Below are positions 41,068-51,316 of a stretch of 64,000 bases of DNA, in pieces. This DNA comes from an uncultured Bacilli bacterium. Lineage in GTDB: Bacteria; Bacillota_I; Bacilli_A; RFN20; CAG-631. Both the position numbers and the translations under genes were made by a program. The stretch covers positions 12,168 to 76,167 of the forward strand of contig CANQVX010000009.1 of NCBI GenBank assembly GCA_947627355.1. Direction: 5' to 3'. Position 1 is the stretch's first letter. Each line of letters opens with the position of its first letter. The notes below the pieces were generated by a model. The model was given only the letters and a program-made list of their open reading frames with translations, did not search any database and was not told where the DNA came from.

Positions 41068-42576
41068 TTATTCAAAATAAATAATTTGATTTTCATTAGC
41101 AGCTTTAACTTTTCTTTTATGCAACTTAGCACGGACTTTTTCTTTCATAACCACATAGAATCCAAGTAGTTGAATAGTGATTAATGGTGTCATGGCAACC
41201 ATTGCTACGATACCAAAAGCACCAGCAAAAATATTAGTAGGATTAATAATCAAACAAGTGCCAATTGCAAAAGGTAAAATAAAGCCAGCAGTCATTGGAC
41301 CAGAAGCAACACCACCCGAGTCAAAAGCAATTGCAGTATAAACTTTTGGCACAAAAAAGCTTAATAACAAAGCAATAAAATAGCCAGGAACTAATAGCCA
41401 TAATAAACTAAAATCAAAGATAATTCTAACCATTGATAAAGCAAGTGATAAACCAACACCAATGGCTAGTCCAATAAACACAGACTTTTTAGTAATTGTT
41501 CCCCCACTTACTTCTTCAACTTGTTTATTTAAGGTATGAACCGCAGGTTCAGCAAGTACTACAAAGACACCAATAACAAAGCCAAGCGGAATCAAGAAAT
41601 ACTTAGCTTTATTTGCAAGTTGTCCACCAATATTAACACCAATAGGCATAAAGCCTACATTAACAGCAGTTAAAAATAAAACTAAACCAAAATAAGTATA
41701 TAAAATACCAATAAAGATTTTTAACAATCTCTTTTTAGGAAGTTTTACAGTACATGCTTGAAAGATATAGAAAAATACAAGTATTGGGGCTAAAGCAACA
41801 AAGACATCTTTTAAAGAATGTAACAAACCATAACATAAATCTTTAAAAATTGATCCTTTAGAAATCAAATTTAAACCATCCCAAGTTGGAGCATCTTTAA
41901 AAAAGAAACTCATAATAACTACCAATAGAATCGGACCAATTGAACATAAAGCAATCATACCAAAACTATCTTCACGATTGTTTTTTCCACCACTTACTGA
42001 AGCTATACCAACGCCTAAAGCAAGTAAAAATGGAACGGTTACTGGACCAGTTGTAACACCTCCAGCATCAAATGACAAAGGTAAATACAACTTTTTCATA
42101 AATATTACTAACAAAAATAAGATTCCATAGAAAATAAATAAAAGCAATCTTAAATCAATTTTGAAAATTATTCTAAGTAAAGATATAACTAAAAAGATAC
42201 CAACACCAACAGATACTATGATAATAAATTGAAATGTATTGATAGGTACTTGATTAGCAAGTACCGATAAATCTGGTTCAGCGATGGAAATTAATGTGCC
42301 TAGAATTAAAACAATTATGATAGCAAGCCATAACTTTTTTGATTTAATAACTTCTTCTCCAACGTGTTCACCCATTGGCGTCATTGCTATATCAGAACCT
42401 AAGGTAAATAAACCCATTCCAATAATTAAAAATAAGGAGCAAATCAAAAATTTGATAATATCTTTAGAATTACCAATGCTTACTAATCTAGAAATATGTA
42501 AAAATAAAACAATCACAACAATGGGTAATGTTGAAAAGATTGCTTCACGAATCTTTTTAAAGAATTCTCTAAGCAC
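41068..42576 (-). CDS. two-repeat polytopic membrane permease (DUF1538-like) co-encoded with two PII-like proteins
   Basis: 502 aa, GTG start with AGAGGGGAG RBS; internal duplication (MTPMGEHVGEEV / FDAGGVTTGPVTVPF / FDSGGVASGPMTAGF motifs), about 12 TM. Confidence 0.55.
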   Translation of the reverse strand: MLREFFKKIREAIFSTLPIVVIVLFLHISRLVSIGNSKDIIKFLICSLFLIIGMGLFTLGSDIAMTPMGEHVGEEVIKSKKLWLAIIIVLILGTLISIAEPDLSVLANQVPINTFQFIIIVSVGVGIFLVISLLRIIFKIDLRLLLFIFYGILFLLVIFMKKLYLPLSFDAGGVTTGPVTVPFLLALGVGIASVSGGKNNREDSFGMIALCSIGPILLVVIMSFFFKDAPTWDGLNLISKGSIFKDLCYGLLHSLKDVFVALAPILVFFYIFQACTVKLPKKRLLKIFIGILYTYFGLVLFLTAVNVGFMPIGVNIGGQLANKAKYFLIPLGFVIGVFVVLAEPAVHTLNKQVEEVSGGTITKKSVFIGLAIGVGLSLALSMVRIIFDFSLLWLLVPGYFIALLLSFFVPKVYTAIAFDSGGVASGPMTAGFILPFAIGTCLIINPTNIFAGAFGIVAMVAMTPLITIQLLGFYVVMKEKVRAKLHKRKVKAANENQIIYFE

Positions 42577-42737
42577 AAAAACAAACTCCCCTCTTCGTTT
42601 TTTATTATATTATAAAATGCTTAAAAGTTATATAACTTTTTTAGGTTTCCTTGAATTATTTTAAAATTATTTAAAAAATATATTTTTTAAATTTTATGTC
42701 GTGTTATAATAGTAACGGCAATAGGGGGATGAATTGT

Positions 42738-43370
42738 ATGAAACCTATTTTAATTATTGTTGCTGGTGGTAGTGCTTCTGGAAAATCTACCGTTGTAAAC
42801 GAAATAATAAACAAATTAAAATCAGTTCATGTGACAACTATTAGACATGATGATTACTATTGTGACTTATCTGATATGCCACTTGAAGAAAGAAAAAAAG
42901 TCAATTATGACCATCCAGATTCACTAGATAACGATTTATTATATGAACATTTAAAATTATTATTAAACAATCAACCAATTTTAAAACCAACTTATGATTT
43001 TATAAATCATAATAGAGCAAAAGAAGTTGAAAAAATTGAACCTAAAAAAGTTATTATTCTTGAAGGGATTTTAACCCTTGTTGATAAAAGAATTAGAGAC
43101 TTAGCTGATATTAAAATATTTGTTGAATTAGATGATGATTTAAGATTTATCCGGCGTTTACAAAGAGATATTAACGAAAGAGGACGAACAGTTGATAATG
43201 TAATCGAACAATACTTAAAAACAGTTAAACCAATGTTTCATACCTATGTAAAACCTCAAAAGAAATATTGTGACATCATAATTCCTAATGATAAAAGTCA
43301 TGATGTAGCTGTTGATGTAATCGTTTGTAAAATCAAAGATATTTTACAAAATTCTACTGTAAATAATTAA
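42738..43370 (+). CDS. udk: uridine kinase
   Basis: P-loop AGGSASGKST, uridine kinase core; start at ATG 42738 (GGGGG RBS 9 nt upstream). Confidence 0.85.
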   Translation: MKPILIIVAGGSASGKSTVVNEIINKLKSVHVTTIRHDDYYCDLSDMPLEERKKVNYDHPDSLDNDLLYEHLKLLLNNQPILKPTYDFINHNRAKEVEKIEPKKVIILEGILTLVDKRIRDLADIKIFVELDDDLRFIRRLQRDINERGRTVDNVIEQYLKTVKPMFHTYVKPQKKYCDIIIPNDKSHDVAVDVIVCKIKDILQNSTVNN

Positions 43371-43444
43371 TCTATGAATGGTATGAATTTAATTTTCTTA
43401 CCATTTTTTTAATAAATAAATCATATAGTAAAAAAGGTGATAAA

Positions 43445-44104
43445 ATGAAAAACATAATATTTATAACTCCTAGAATTAAAGACGGGAAAGCTTATTCAAA
43501 CTTAACTTATAATAATTTATGTGACGACAATGATATGCTTTTAATAACTTTACCATTTATAAAAGATAAAGATAAATTAGAAACTTTATTAAGACTTGCT
43601 GATGGTTTAATTATTAGTGGTGGTATTGATGTTGATCCAAGTTTTTATAATAAAAACTATACTAAAGCTATTTATAATCGTGAATTAGATGAATATGATT
43701 TTCTAGTACTTGATATTGCTATTAAACTTAATCTACCAATCCTTGGAATCTGTCGAGGAATTCAACTAATTAATGTTTATTTTAAGGGCACTTTATATGA
43801 AGATATTGCTTTACATAACATGACAACTCATAAAGTATTATTTACTAGTAAAGAAAATACAATCTTTAAAGATTTTCTAGATGAAGAAGAAGCAAATTCA
43901 CGTCATCATCAAGCAATTGAAAAACTTGGAGATAATATAAAAGCTATTGCAATCAGTGATGATTATTATGTTGAAGCAATTAAAGTCGAAAATAAAAATA
44001 TTTATGGAGTCCAATGGCATCCAGAATTAATATTAGATAATGCAAATCAAAAGAAAATGATTGAAAACTTTTTTGATATTTGTAAACAAAATAGTAATAA
44101 ATAA
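43445..44104 (+). CDS. class I glutamine amidotransferase-like peptidase C26 (gamma-glutamyl hydrolase family)
   Basis: 219 aa; GICRGIQL nucleophile motif, His near C-terminus (VQWHPE). Confidence 0.6.
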   Translation: MKNIIFITPRIKDGKAYSNLTYNNLCDDNDMLLITLPFIKDKDKLETLLRLADGLIISGGIDVDPSFYNKNYTKAIYNRELDEYDFLVLDIAIKLNLPILGICRGIQLINVYFKGTLYEDIALHNMTTHKVLFTSKENTIFKDFLDEEEANSRHHQAIEKLGDNIKAIAISDDYYVEAIKVENKNIYGVQWHPELILDNANQKKMIENFFDICKQNSNK

Positions 44105-44140
44105 AATTTCAGTTGCATATACATTAAAACAGGTGATGCA

Positions 44141-44593
44141 ATGAAAAAGAAAAACATAATTTTATTAATTCCTATTCTTGTTTTAATGGTATTTGGTTCA
44201 TTAATTGTTAAGTTTGCTAAAACTAGTTATACAAGTCTGAATTTACCAGCATTTGCTCCAAAAGGATTTGTCTTTTTTCTAGCTTGGACAATATTTTATT
44301 TAATCTTATATTATTCAGCTTGTAAAACAATAGAAACAATTAATATTAAAAATCGTTTATTTCAACTTTATAATTTGATTTTTGTTTTTCAATTCTTATG
44401 GTTAATTTTATTTTTTTGTTTTAGTTTCTATTTAGTTTCTTTATTTTGCCTAATAGTTTTATATTTTATAAGTGTTTCATATGTTTATTTATTATCAAAA
44501 AGCAATGTAAAACTTGCTTATCTAAATGTCTTTTATTTAATTTGGCTCTTATTTGCTTTCTTATTAAACTTATCAATTATGATCCTTAACTAA
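44141..44593 (+). CDS. TspO/MBR-like tryptophan-rich membrane protein (tentative)
   Basis: 150 aa, 5 TM, LNLPAFAPKGFVFFLAWTIFYLILY resembles TspO signature. Confidence 0.4.
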   Translation: MKKKNIILLIPILVLMVFGSLIVKFAKTSYTSLNLPAFAPKGFVFFLAWTIFYLILYYSACKTIETINIKNRLFQLYNLIFVFQFLWLILFFCFSFYLVSLFCLIVLYFISVSYVYLLSKSNVKLAYLNVFYLIWLLFAFLLNLSIMILN

Positions 44594-44705
44594 AGTAACT
44601 GAAAAGTTGCTTTTTTTATTAAAATCATTGATTCTACCGACAAAATATTTATTTAGCTTGGGTTTTACTTTTTTTCTTTAATTTTTTTCGATAGAATCAA
44701 TTAAA

Positions 44706-44731
44706 AAACCTAGTTTTACCTAGGCCAATTA
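44706..44731 (-). terminator. terminator downstream of gerM-like gene
   Basis: CCTAG-6 nt-CTAGG hairpin followed by T6 on minus strand. Confidence 0.45.
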
Positions 44732-45751
44732 TTAAATATAATATTCATTAAATACTATACTACTAACACTAAATGTTTCTTCTTTGTTATAACCATTTAC
44801 CATTACTTCTTGTTCATTTATTAGAAAGCTTACTTCTTGAATTTCTTGATAATTAATTAATGATGCCCTAATTAAATTATAAATATCAGTTTGAACACTT
44901 TTTTCATCAAATAAAGCTTTTTCATTAAGTGATACTTGTAAATTATTATCTTTTAAGGTTGAAGCAGTTTCAAGTTCAATTCCATCTAAACAAGCTGCTA
45001 CTTTTAATCTAGAAGTAATTGATGGCTTTTCAAGCATTTTAGAAATAGTTAAATCATAAACTGATAGATGATTATCATTATCAACATATTGACTTACAGG
45101 TATTAAATAGTCCTTTTTATCGATAATTTTACTATAATACGATAAGATGTTTGTAGCATTTAAATAATCTGTTGTATCTGATATTAGAAAATGATTTATG
45201 CCCATGCTCCTATCTAATATTTTAGCTACTGGTGTATTGCTTCTTGGCATTCTTGATAATGGATTTCCATCAACTGTTATACTTACGCCATCAACATCTT
45301 CAAATTCAGTCATTGTCCAAGTAATTGATTCAAGGATATTTAATTCATCTTTTTCATCATATTCAAATAAACCTTCGTCAAAATCAATATTTAAGATTTT
45401 GTTATCATTCAAACTTAACTCATTAACTTTAGCATCTTCAGGAACTAATCCATGAAAAGTATCACTATTTATTGGACTATCTTCTTTAATTAAATTTAGT
45501 ACCATTAATAAGTTTTCACCTAATGTATCTTTTTTATTATACTTAACTGTTAATGGTACTAATGTTCTATCCTCACTTGCTAGATAGATATTTGCTTGTT
45601 CTTGAACTAAATCTGGACTACTGACATTATTATTTGCCTCATATCTTTGTTTATTTTTGGTACCAATTAAAACTGTTACTAAAATCATAACAATCAAAAT
45701 TGGTATTGCAATAAACATAATTTTTTTAGCCTTTTTATTTATTTTTATCAT
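44732..45751 (-). CDS. gerM: GerM-like germination/sporulation lipoprotein (two GerMN domains), membrane anchored
   Basis: 339 aa; N-terminal TM anchor; two repeated about 120-aa modules with GerMN-like features. Confidence 0.45.
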   Translation of the reverse strand: MIKINKKAKKIMFIAIPILIVMILVTVLIGTKNKQRYEANNNVSSPDLVQEQANIYLASEDRTLVPLTVKYNKKDTLGENLLMVLNLIKEDSPINSDTFHGLVPEDAKVNELSLNDNKILNIDFDEGLFEYDEKDELNILESITWTMTEFEDVDGVSITVDGNPLSRMPRSNTPVAKILDRSMGINHFLISDTTDYLNATNILSYYSKIIDKKDYLIPVSQYVDNDNHLSVYDLTISKMLEKPSITSRLKVAACLDGIELETASTLKDNNLQVSLNEKALFDEKSVQTDIYNLIRASLINYQEIQEVSFLINEQEVMVNGYNKEETFSVSSIVFNEYYI

Positions 45752-45821
45752 AATCTCATTCCTTTCAATAAACTATACGTTTAAAGAAAACAAAAAATGA
45801 CTAAAAAATAGCCCAAATGGG

Positions 45822-46025
45822 CTATAATGAGATTTCTTTCATTTTGAGAAGTTCAACAACCGCCTGTGCTCTACCTTTTACGTCTAATTTAAGCATTACA
45901 TTAGAAATGTGATTACGCACAGTCTTTTCACTAATAAACAACATATTAGCTATTTCTTTAGTTGATTTATTGTTTACTAATAGTTCAAATATTTCCCTTT
46001 CTCGTTTAGTGAGTACTGATGTCAT
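45822..46025 (-). CDS. gerE: sporulation transcription regulator GerE (LuxR-type HTH)
   Basis: 68 aa; LTKREREIFELLVNNKSTKEIANMLFISEKTVRNHISNVMLKLDVKGRAQAVVELLKM nearly colinear with B. subtilis GerE; start at ATG 46025 (GGAGG RBS 5 nt upstream). Confidence 0.8.
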   Translation of the reverse strand: MTSVLTKREREIFELLVNNKSTKEIANMLFISEKTVRNHISNVMLKLDVKGRAQAVVELLKMKEISL

Positions 46026-46049
46026 ATTAACCTCCGTATTCCTCACTTT

Positions 46050-46058
46050 TATAGTATG
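46050..46058 (-). promoter_or_regulatory. sigma-K-type -10 element (CATACTATA) upstream of gerE
   Basis: Matches CATAnnnTA consensus about 25 nt upstream of gerE start inside a 40-bp intergenic gap. Confidence 0.35.
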
Positions 46059-46065
46059 CAATAAG

Positions 46066-47826
46066 TTAATTATTGCTCATATCATTTAATACTTTTAATA
46101 ATTCAATTGCTACATTTTCTGGAAGAATTTGTTTTAATTGAACTAAACTACATTTTTTAATTTCATCAAGTGTTTTATAAGCTTCAAGTAATCTTTTCTT
46201 TCTAGCAGGGCCTAAACCATTAACCTTATCAAGAATTGACGAAAACATTGATTTAGACTTGCGGTTTTTAAAAAATGAGATAGCATAACGATGGACTTCA
46301 TCTTGAATTTTCATTAAAAATAGAAATAACTTGCTATCTTTTTTAAGTTCAACTTCTTTGAAATCTGGAAGTATCAATGCTCTGGTATGGTGATGATCAT
46401 CCTTTGCTAGTCCACAAACAGGAATTGATACGCCTAAAGCATTTAAAGCATCTAATGCTGCATGCATTTGGTTAACGCCACCATCAACAATAAGTAAATC
46501 ACTAAAATCCAATTGATCTTTAAGTAAATTATAAAACCTACGATAAATAACTTCATAAGTCGAGGCTAAATCATCTTGTTTGTTTTCACCTTTAATAATA
46601 AACTTACGATATTTATTTTTAACAGGATAACCATTAGTAAAAACAACCACGCCACCAACAGCACTATCTCCACTTATATGACTAATATCACACATTTCAA
46701 TTGTACTGACTCTTGATAAATTTAAATAACTACCTAGTTCAATAAAAATGTCTTCATCTTTTGCCATAATTGAGACAAATTTTTCTTCTAATGATTTCTT
46801 AGCATTTTCAACAGCAATTAAAATTAAATCCATTCCTCTACCAAGTTTTGGATAAATAATATTGACATCTAATGTTTCATTTAATAAATCAAGATTAACT
46901 GCTTGACTTGAATATATCTCTTTTGGTATATCATGAGTTTGATAAAATTGCATTAAATAATCAAGTAATGGTTCAGTAATGTCATCTAAAATATCAATAA
47001 CCTCATTAACTTTGGCATTTAAATAACCATTACGATACATAAGAATAGTAACTGATAAATAACCTTCTTTTTGATAAAAACCTATGATATCACGATTAAC
47101 CTTATCATTGAATTCAATCATTTGTTTATCAGTAACATTTTTAATTTCTTGAATTAATTGCTTATATTCATTAGCTCTTTCAAATTCTAGATTCTCACTA
47201 GCATTATACATTTTGTCGGTCAAATCAGCAATTATTTTACTTGTATTGCCTTTAAAGAACTTATCAATTTCATTTACTATTTCTTGATATGTTTCATCCT
47301 CTATTTGATTAACACATGGGCCTAAACATTGATGCATATGGTAATATAAACATACTTCTTTTGGTAACACTTTACATTTTCTAAGTGGATATAAAGCATT
47401 TAAAAGATGAAGTGTACTATAAGCTGCTTTTGAATCAGGAAATGGGCCATAATGTTTATATTTCTTGTTTTTAGCATCTCTTGTTATCTTAAGTCTTGGA
47501 CATTTTTCTTTACTGATAGCAATATAAGGATAATGTTTATCATCTTTAAAGATAACATTAAATGGTGGATAATATTGTTTAATTAAATTGATTTCTAAGA
47601 CTAATGCTTCTTTTTCAGATAAGGTCACAAAAAACTCTAAATCATCGATTTGAGCGACAAGTTTAGCAGTTTTATTATTGTAAGTACGATTAAAATATTG
47701 ATTTACTCTGTTTTTTAGTTTCTTTGCTTTCCCAACATATAAAACATTTTTATCAACATCTTTAAAAATATAACATCCTGGTTGTAATGGTAAAATGGCT
47801 AATTTTTCTTTAAGTTTATCATTCAT
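46066..47826 (-). CDS. uvrC: excinuclease ABC subunit C
   Basis: 586 aa; GIY-YIG N-terminus (GCYIFKD...LYVGKA), RNaseH-like endonuclease and HhH C-terminus. Confidence 0.95.
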   Translation of the reverse strand: MNDKLKEKLAILPLQPGCYIFKDVDKNVLYVGKAKKLKNRVNQYFNRTYNNKTAKLVAQIDDLEFFVTLSEKEALVLEINLIKQYYPPFNVIFKDDKHYPYIAISKEKCPRLKITRDAKNKKYKHYGPFPDSKAAYSTLHLLNALYPLRKCKVLPKEVCLYYHMHQCLGPCVNQIEDETYQEIVNEIDKFFKGNTSKIIADLTDKMYNASENLEFERANEYKQLIQEIKNVTDKQMIEFNDKVNRDIIGFYQKEGYLSVTILMYRNGYLNAKVNEVIDILDDITEPLLDYLMQFYQTHDIPKEIYSSQAVNLDLLNETLDVNIIYPKLGRGMDLILIAVENAKKSLEEKFVSIMAKDEDIFIELGSYLNLSRVSTIEMCDISHISGDSAVGGVVVFTNGYPVKNKYRKFIIKGENKQDDLASTYEVIYRRFYNLLKDQLDFSDLLIVDGGVNQMHAALDALNALGVSIPVCGLAKDDHHHTRALILPDFKEVELKKDSKLFLFLMKIQDEVHRYAISFFKNRKSKSMFSSILDKVNGLGPARKKRLLEAYKTLDEIKKCSLVQLKQILPENVAIELLKVLNDMSNN

Positions 47827-50150
47827 GATTGTTTTTCCTTTTTAAGATTTACAATTGTAACGCCATAACCACCTTCACCATATTCACCATTACGAAAACT
47901 TACTACATATTTTTTAGTCTTTAAATGTTCTTGAATAGCCTTTTTTAAGGTGCCAGTTCCTGTTCCATGAATAATAGTAACACTTGCATAATTACATAAC
48001 ATTGCTTCATCTAAGTAATTATCAACCATTTCAAGTGCTTCTACTACTCGATACCCAACAACATTTAAAGATAAAGCCACTTTTTTAGATAATGTATCAG
48101 GTCTTTTAATTGATACTTTACTATCTTCTTTATTTTGTGGTTCTTTAACTTTTTTAACTTCACTTTTAGCTATTTTTATAGTGTTATTTTTACAATCAAC
48201 AACTACTTCTTTGTTTTTTATTTCCTTTAAGATTCCATAACGATGTAGTTTTTCAATGTAAACATAATCGCCAATCTTTAATTCTTGATTATCTAAATAA
48301 ACAACATTATCAGTCTTTTGCATTTCATCTAATTTTTTAAGAATTGTTGTTTTATGATGAAGTTTGAAGTCATCTTTATTTTTATTTTCTAGTTCACGAA
48401 TCATTTCTTCTATTTGAAGTCTTGATTCTTCTAACAATTGTTCTTGTTTTTGTTCATATTCTTTTAAGATTTTTTCTTGATCTCGTTCCATTTTTTGTTT
48501 GCTGATGGCTAGTTCTTGTTTCAAACCTTCTAGTTCTTTAGTTTTATTATTCAATTCATTTATTTTAGTTTCTTCAACTTTTAGTTGTTTATTTAATGAA
48601 TCAATTAATTGTTCTAAAGTTGCTGACATTTGGTTTTTATAAAGACGAGCTTTATTTAAAATTTTATCGCTCAAACCGAGTTTTTTTGATATTTCTAGGG
48701 CATAGGAACGGCCAACAATATTAAGTATCAATTTATATGTTGGTTCCATACTAGTTTCATTAAATGACATACTAGCAAGAATAATTGAACTTGATTCTTT
48801 GGCAAAATCTTTGATACCTACATAATGAGTAGTTACTAATGCTATAACTTTTTTATCATCGAGTTCATCTAAAATTGCTTTAGCTAAAGCTTCACCTTCA
48901 CTAGGATCAGTCTTTGAACCAAGTTCATCTAGAATCACTAAAGAATCTTTATCCATCTTATTTAAGATATGAGAAACATTGATAATATGGCTTGTAAATC
49001 CTGATAATGATTCTTCAATTGATTGATCATCACCAATATCAACAAAGATATTGCTAAACACTTTTAAAGAAGCACTTCTAACAGGAATAGGAAGTCCACA
49101 TTGATTCATATAAACTAATAAACCAACAGTTTTTAATGATACGGTTTTACCACCAGCATTAGGACCAGATATAACTAAAATATTAGAATTATCTTTACCT
49201 AAGATAAAATCATTACTAACAACTTTATTCTTATCAATTAAAGGATGTCTAGCATTTATTAATTCTAGATATGAATCATTTAAAGAAGCTATTTCATAAT
49301 CACTAGCAAGTCCATATCTACCTTTTAAAACAATAAAACTAATTTCAGCAAGTAAATCATTGTTTAATCTGATTTTATCGACAGATTTAGCAATTAATAA
49401 GCATAATGCTTTAATGATTCTTCTGATTTCTATTTCTTCTTCTTGATGTAATGATTCTAGTTCAAGATTTAAATTAACAACTTCATAAGGCTCAATAAAA
49501 TAAGTAAGTCCTGAATCACTTACATCAACTACTACACCTTTGATATTATTTTTATAACTTGCTTTTATTGGTAGAACCAATCTATTTTTACGGCTTGCAA
49601 CATATGAATCAGTTAACATATCACTATGTGAACTTAGAAATCCTTGCATTTTATTTTTAATTTCATCTTCATGAACTTTGATATTCTTACGAATCTTTTT
49701 TAAATCTGAGGAAGCATTATCTAAAATATTATAGTCTTCACCAATACAACTAGTGATTCTATCGACAATTTCATAAACATAAGCTAATTGATTAACATAT
49801 GAATCAAAATAATAAAATTCATCTTTTTTATTCTTATTAAATTCTTTTAAATCTTTTATGATATTAAAATGATATAAGAATTCATATATTTCAATAGTAG
49901 TTAAAGTTCCATTTTTTTCTAAGATTTCTAAATAACTACTTAAATCAACCAGTCTAGTTAGACTTGGTAAAGTTCCTAGGTTTACAATTTTATAGCCTTC
50001 ACTTGTTTTATTTAATTCTTCTTGTACTCTAACTTTATTATAAAAAGGTTCCATTTGTTCGATAATTTTTCTACTTAATGGATTAACGTTATATTTTAAA
50101 ATTTGATTTTTAATTTTATCAAATTCTAAGATTTGGCTAATATCTTTCAT
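47823..50150 (-). CDS. mutS2: endonuclease MutS2 (MutS domain plus C-terminal Smr)
   Basis: Walker A GPNAGGKT, C-terminal Smr (LNVVGYRVVEALEMVDNYLDEA); start at ATG 50150 (AGGTGA RBS). Confidence 0.9.
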   Translation of the reverse strand: MKDISQILEFDKIKNQILKYNVNPLSRKIIEQMEPFYNKVRVQEELNKTSEGYKIVNLGTLPSLTRLVDLSSYLEILEKNGTLTTIEIYEFLYHFNIIKDLKEFNKNKKDEFYYFDSYVNQLAYVYEIVDRITSCIGEDYNILDNASSDLKKIRKNIKVHEDEIKNKMQGFLSSHSDMLTDSYVASRKNRLVLPIKASYKNNIKGVVVDVSDSGLTYFIEPYEVVNLNLELESLHQEEEIEIRRIIKALCLLIAKSVDKIRLNNDLLAEISFIVLKGRYGLASDYEIASLNDSYLELINARHPLIDKNKVVSNDFILGKDNSNILVISGPNAGGKTVSLKTVGLLVYMNQCGLPIPVRSASLKVFSNIFVDIGDDQSIEESLSGFTSHIINVSHILNKMDKDSLVILDELGSKTDPSEGEALAKAILDELDDKKVIALVTTHYVGIKDFAKESSSIILASMSFNETSMEPTYKLILNIVGRSYALEISKKLGLSDKILNKARLYKNQMSATLEQLIDSLNKQLKVEETKINELNNKTKELEGLKQELAISKQKMERDQEKILKEYEQKQEQLLEESRLQIEEMIRELENKNKDDFKLHHKTTILKKLDEMQKTDNVVYLDNQELKIGDYVYIEKLHRYGILKEIKNKEVVVDCKNNTIKIAKSEVKKVKEPQNKEDSKVSIKRPDTLSKKVALSLNVVGYRVVEALEMVDNYLDEAMLCNYASVTIIHGTGTGTLKKAIQEHLKTKKYVVSFRNGEYGEGGYGVTIVNLKKEKQS

Positions 50151-50246
50151 AATAATCACCTAGTACTTTCACGTTTATTATATCAATTATTGGACAAAAG
50201 GGGTAGTTTTAAAATATAATAAAATCTGAAAGGAATGAAATTTATT

Positions 50247-51269
50247 ATGAAATATGCTCCCTTTTTAAAAGATAAAGATACTATTAAGTTAGTTGCCCCT
50301 TCTTATGGTTCACCTGTTGATCCTTATTATTCTCGTTTAAATAAGGCAATTGAAGTTTTGGAAGGCTTAGGTTATACAATCTTAAAAGATAAAAACTTAT
50401 ATAAACTAAATAAAGAAGCTAGCGCTAGTGCTAAAGTTAGAGCAAAAGAATTAACTGATGCTTATATTTCAAGTGATAATCAATTTGTTTGGTCTATTGC
50501 TGGTGGTGAAATAATGCTACTAATATTAGACTATCTTGATATTGATAAATTAAGAAGTGCTAAAGCAAAGTGGTTTATGGGTTATAGTGATAATACAACC
50601 TTTACATATTTTTTAACCACCGCTTTAGATGTGGCTTCGATTTATAGTTATCATATTGGTACTTTTTGTGCCACTCCATTTAAAAAATATCAAACTGATG
50701 TTTATGATTTAATAAGAGGTAATAAACTTAGTTTTAATTCTTATAGTAAATATGAAACATCAACTGAATATAAAAACGATAATCCAATTGCTCATTTAAA
50801 ATTAACTAATCCTGTTAATTATAGATATCTAAATGGAACTGATAAGTTAAATATCACTGGACGTTGTATTGGTGGCTGTATTGACGTTTTAGAACACATT
50901 GCTGGCACTAAATACGATTACACTAAACAATTTATTGATAAATATCAAAACGATGGCTTTATTTGGTATTTTGATGTTTGTGAATTATCATCAGTTGGTC
51001 TTACAAGAGTTTTATTTCAATTAAAAGCAACTGGCTGGTTTAAACATGTTAAAGCCTTTCTATTTTCAAGAATTCCTAATTATGATTTAAATCAATCTGA
51101 TTTAACTTATGAAGACGCTATTATGATGCAATTAAAAGAATATAAGGTACCAATTATTATGGACTGTGACTTTGGTCACGTAGCGCCTTGTATTCCAATT
51201 ATAAATGGTTCAATTATGAATTTTAAATATGATGATGGTAAAGCAAAAATAAAATTTATTTTAAAGTAA
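50247..51269 (+). CDS. LD-carboxypeptidase (peptidase S66, LdcA/MccF-like)
   Basis: IKLVAPS N-terminal motif, S66 catalytic region FMGYSDNTT, C-terminal His. Confidence 0.65.
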   Translation: MKYAPFLKDKDTIKLVAPSYGSPVDPYYSRLNKAIEVLEGLGYTILKDKNLYKLNKEASASAKVRAKELTDAYISSDNQFVWSIAGGEIMLLILDYLDIDKLRSAKAKWFMGYSDNTTFTYFLTTALDVASIYSYHIGTFCATPFKKYQTDVYDLIRGNKLSFNSYSKYETSTEYKNDNPIAHLKLTNPVNYRYLNGTDKLNITGRCIGGCIDVLEHIAGTKYDYTKQFIDKYQNDGFIWYFDVCELSSVGLTRVLFQLKATGWFKHVKAFLFSRIPNYDLNQSDLTYEDAIMMQLKEYKVPIIMDCDFGHVAPCIPIINGSIMNFKYDDGKAKIKFILK

Positions 51270-51316
51270 AAAAATGAGGTGGATTTAATTTCCATCTCAT
51301 TTTAATTTAGATTTGA

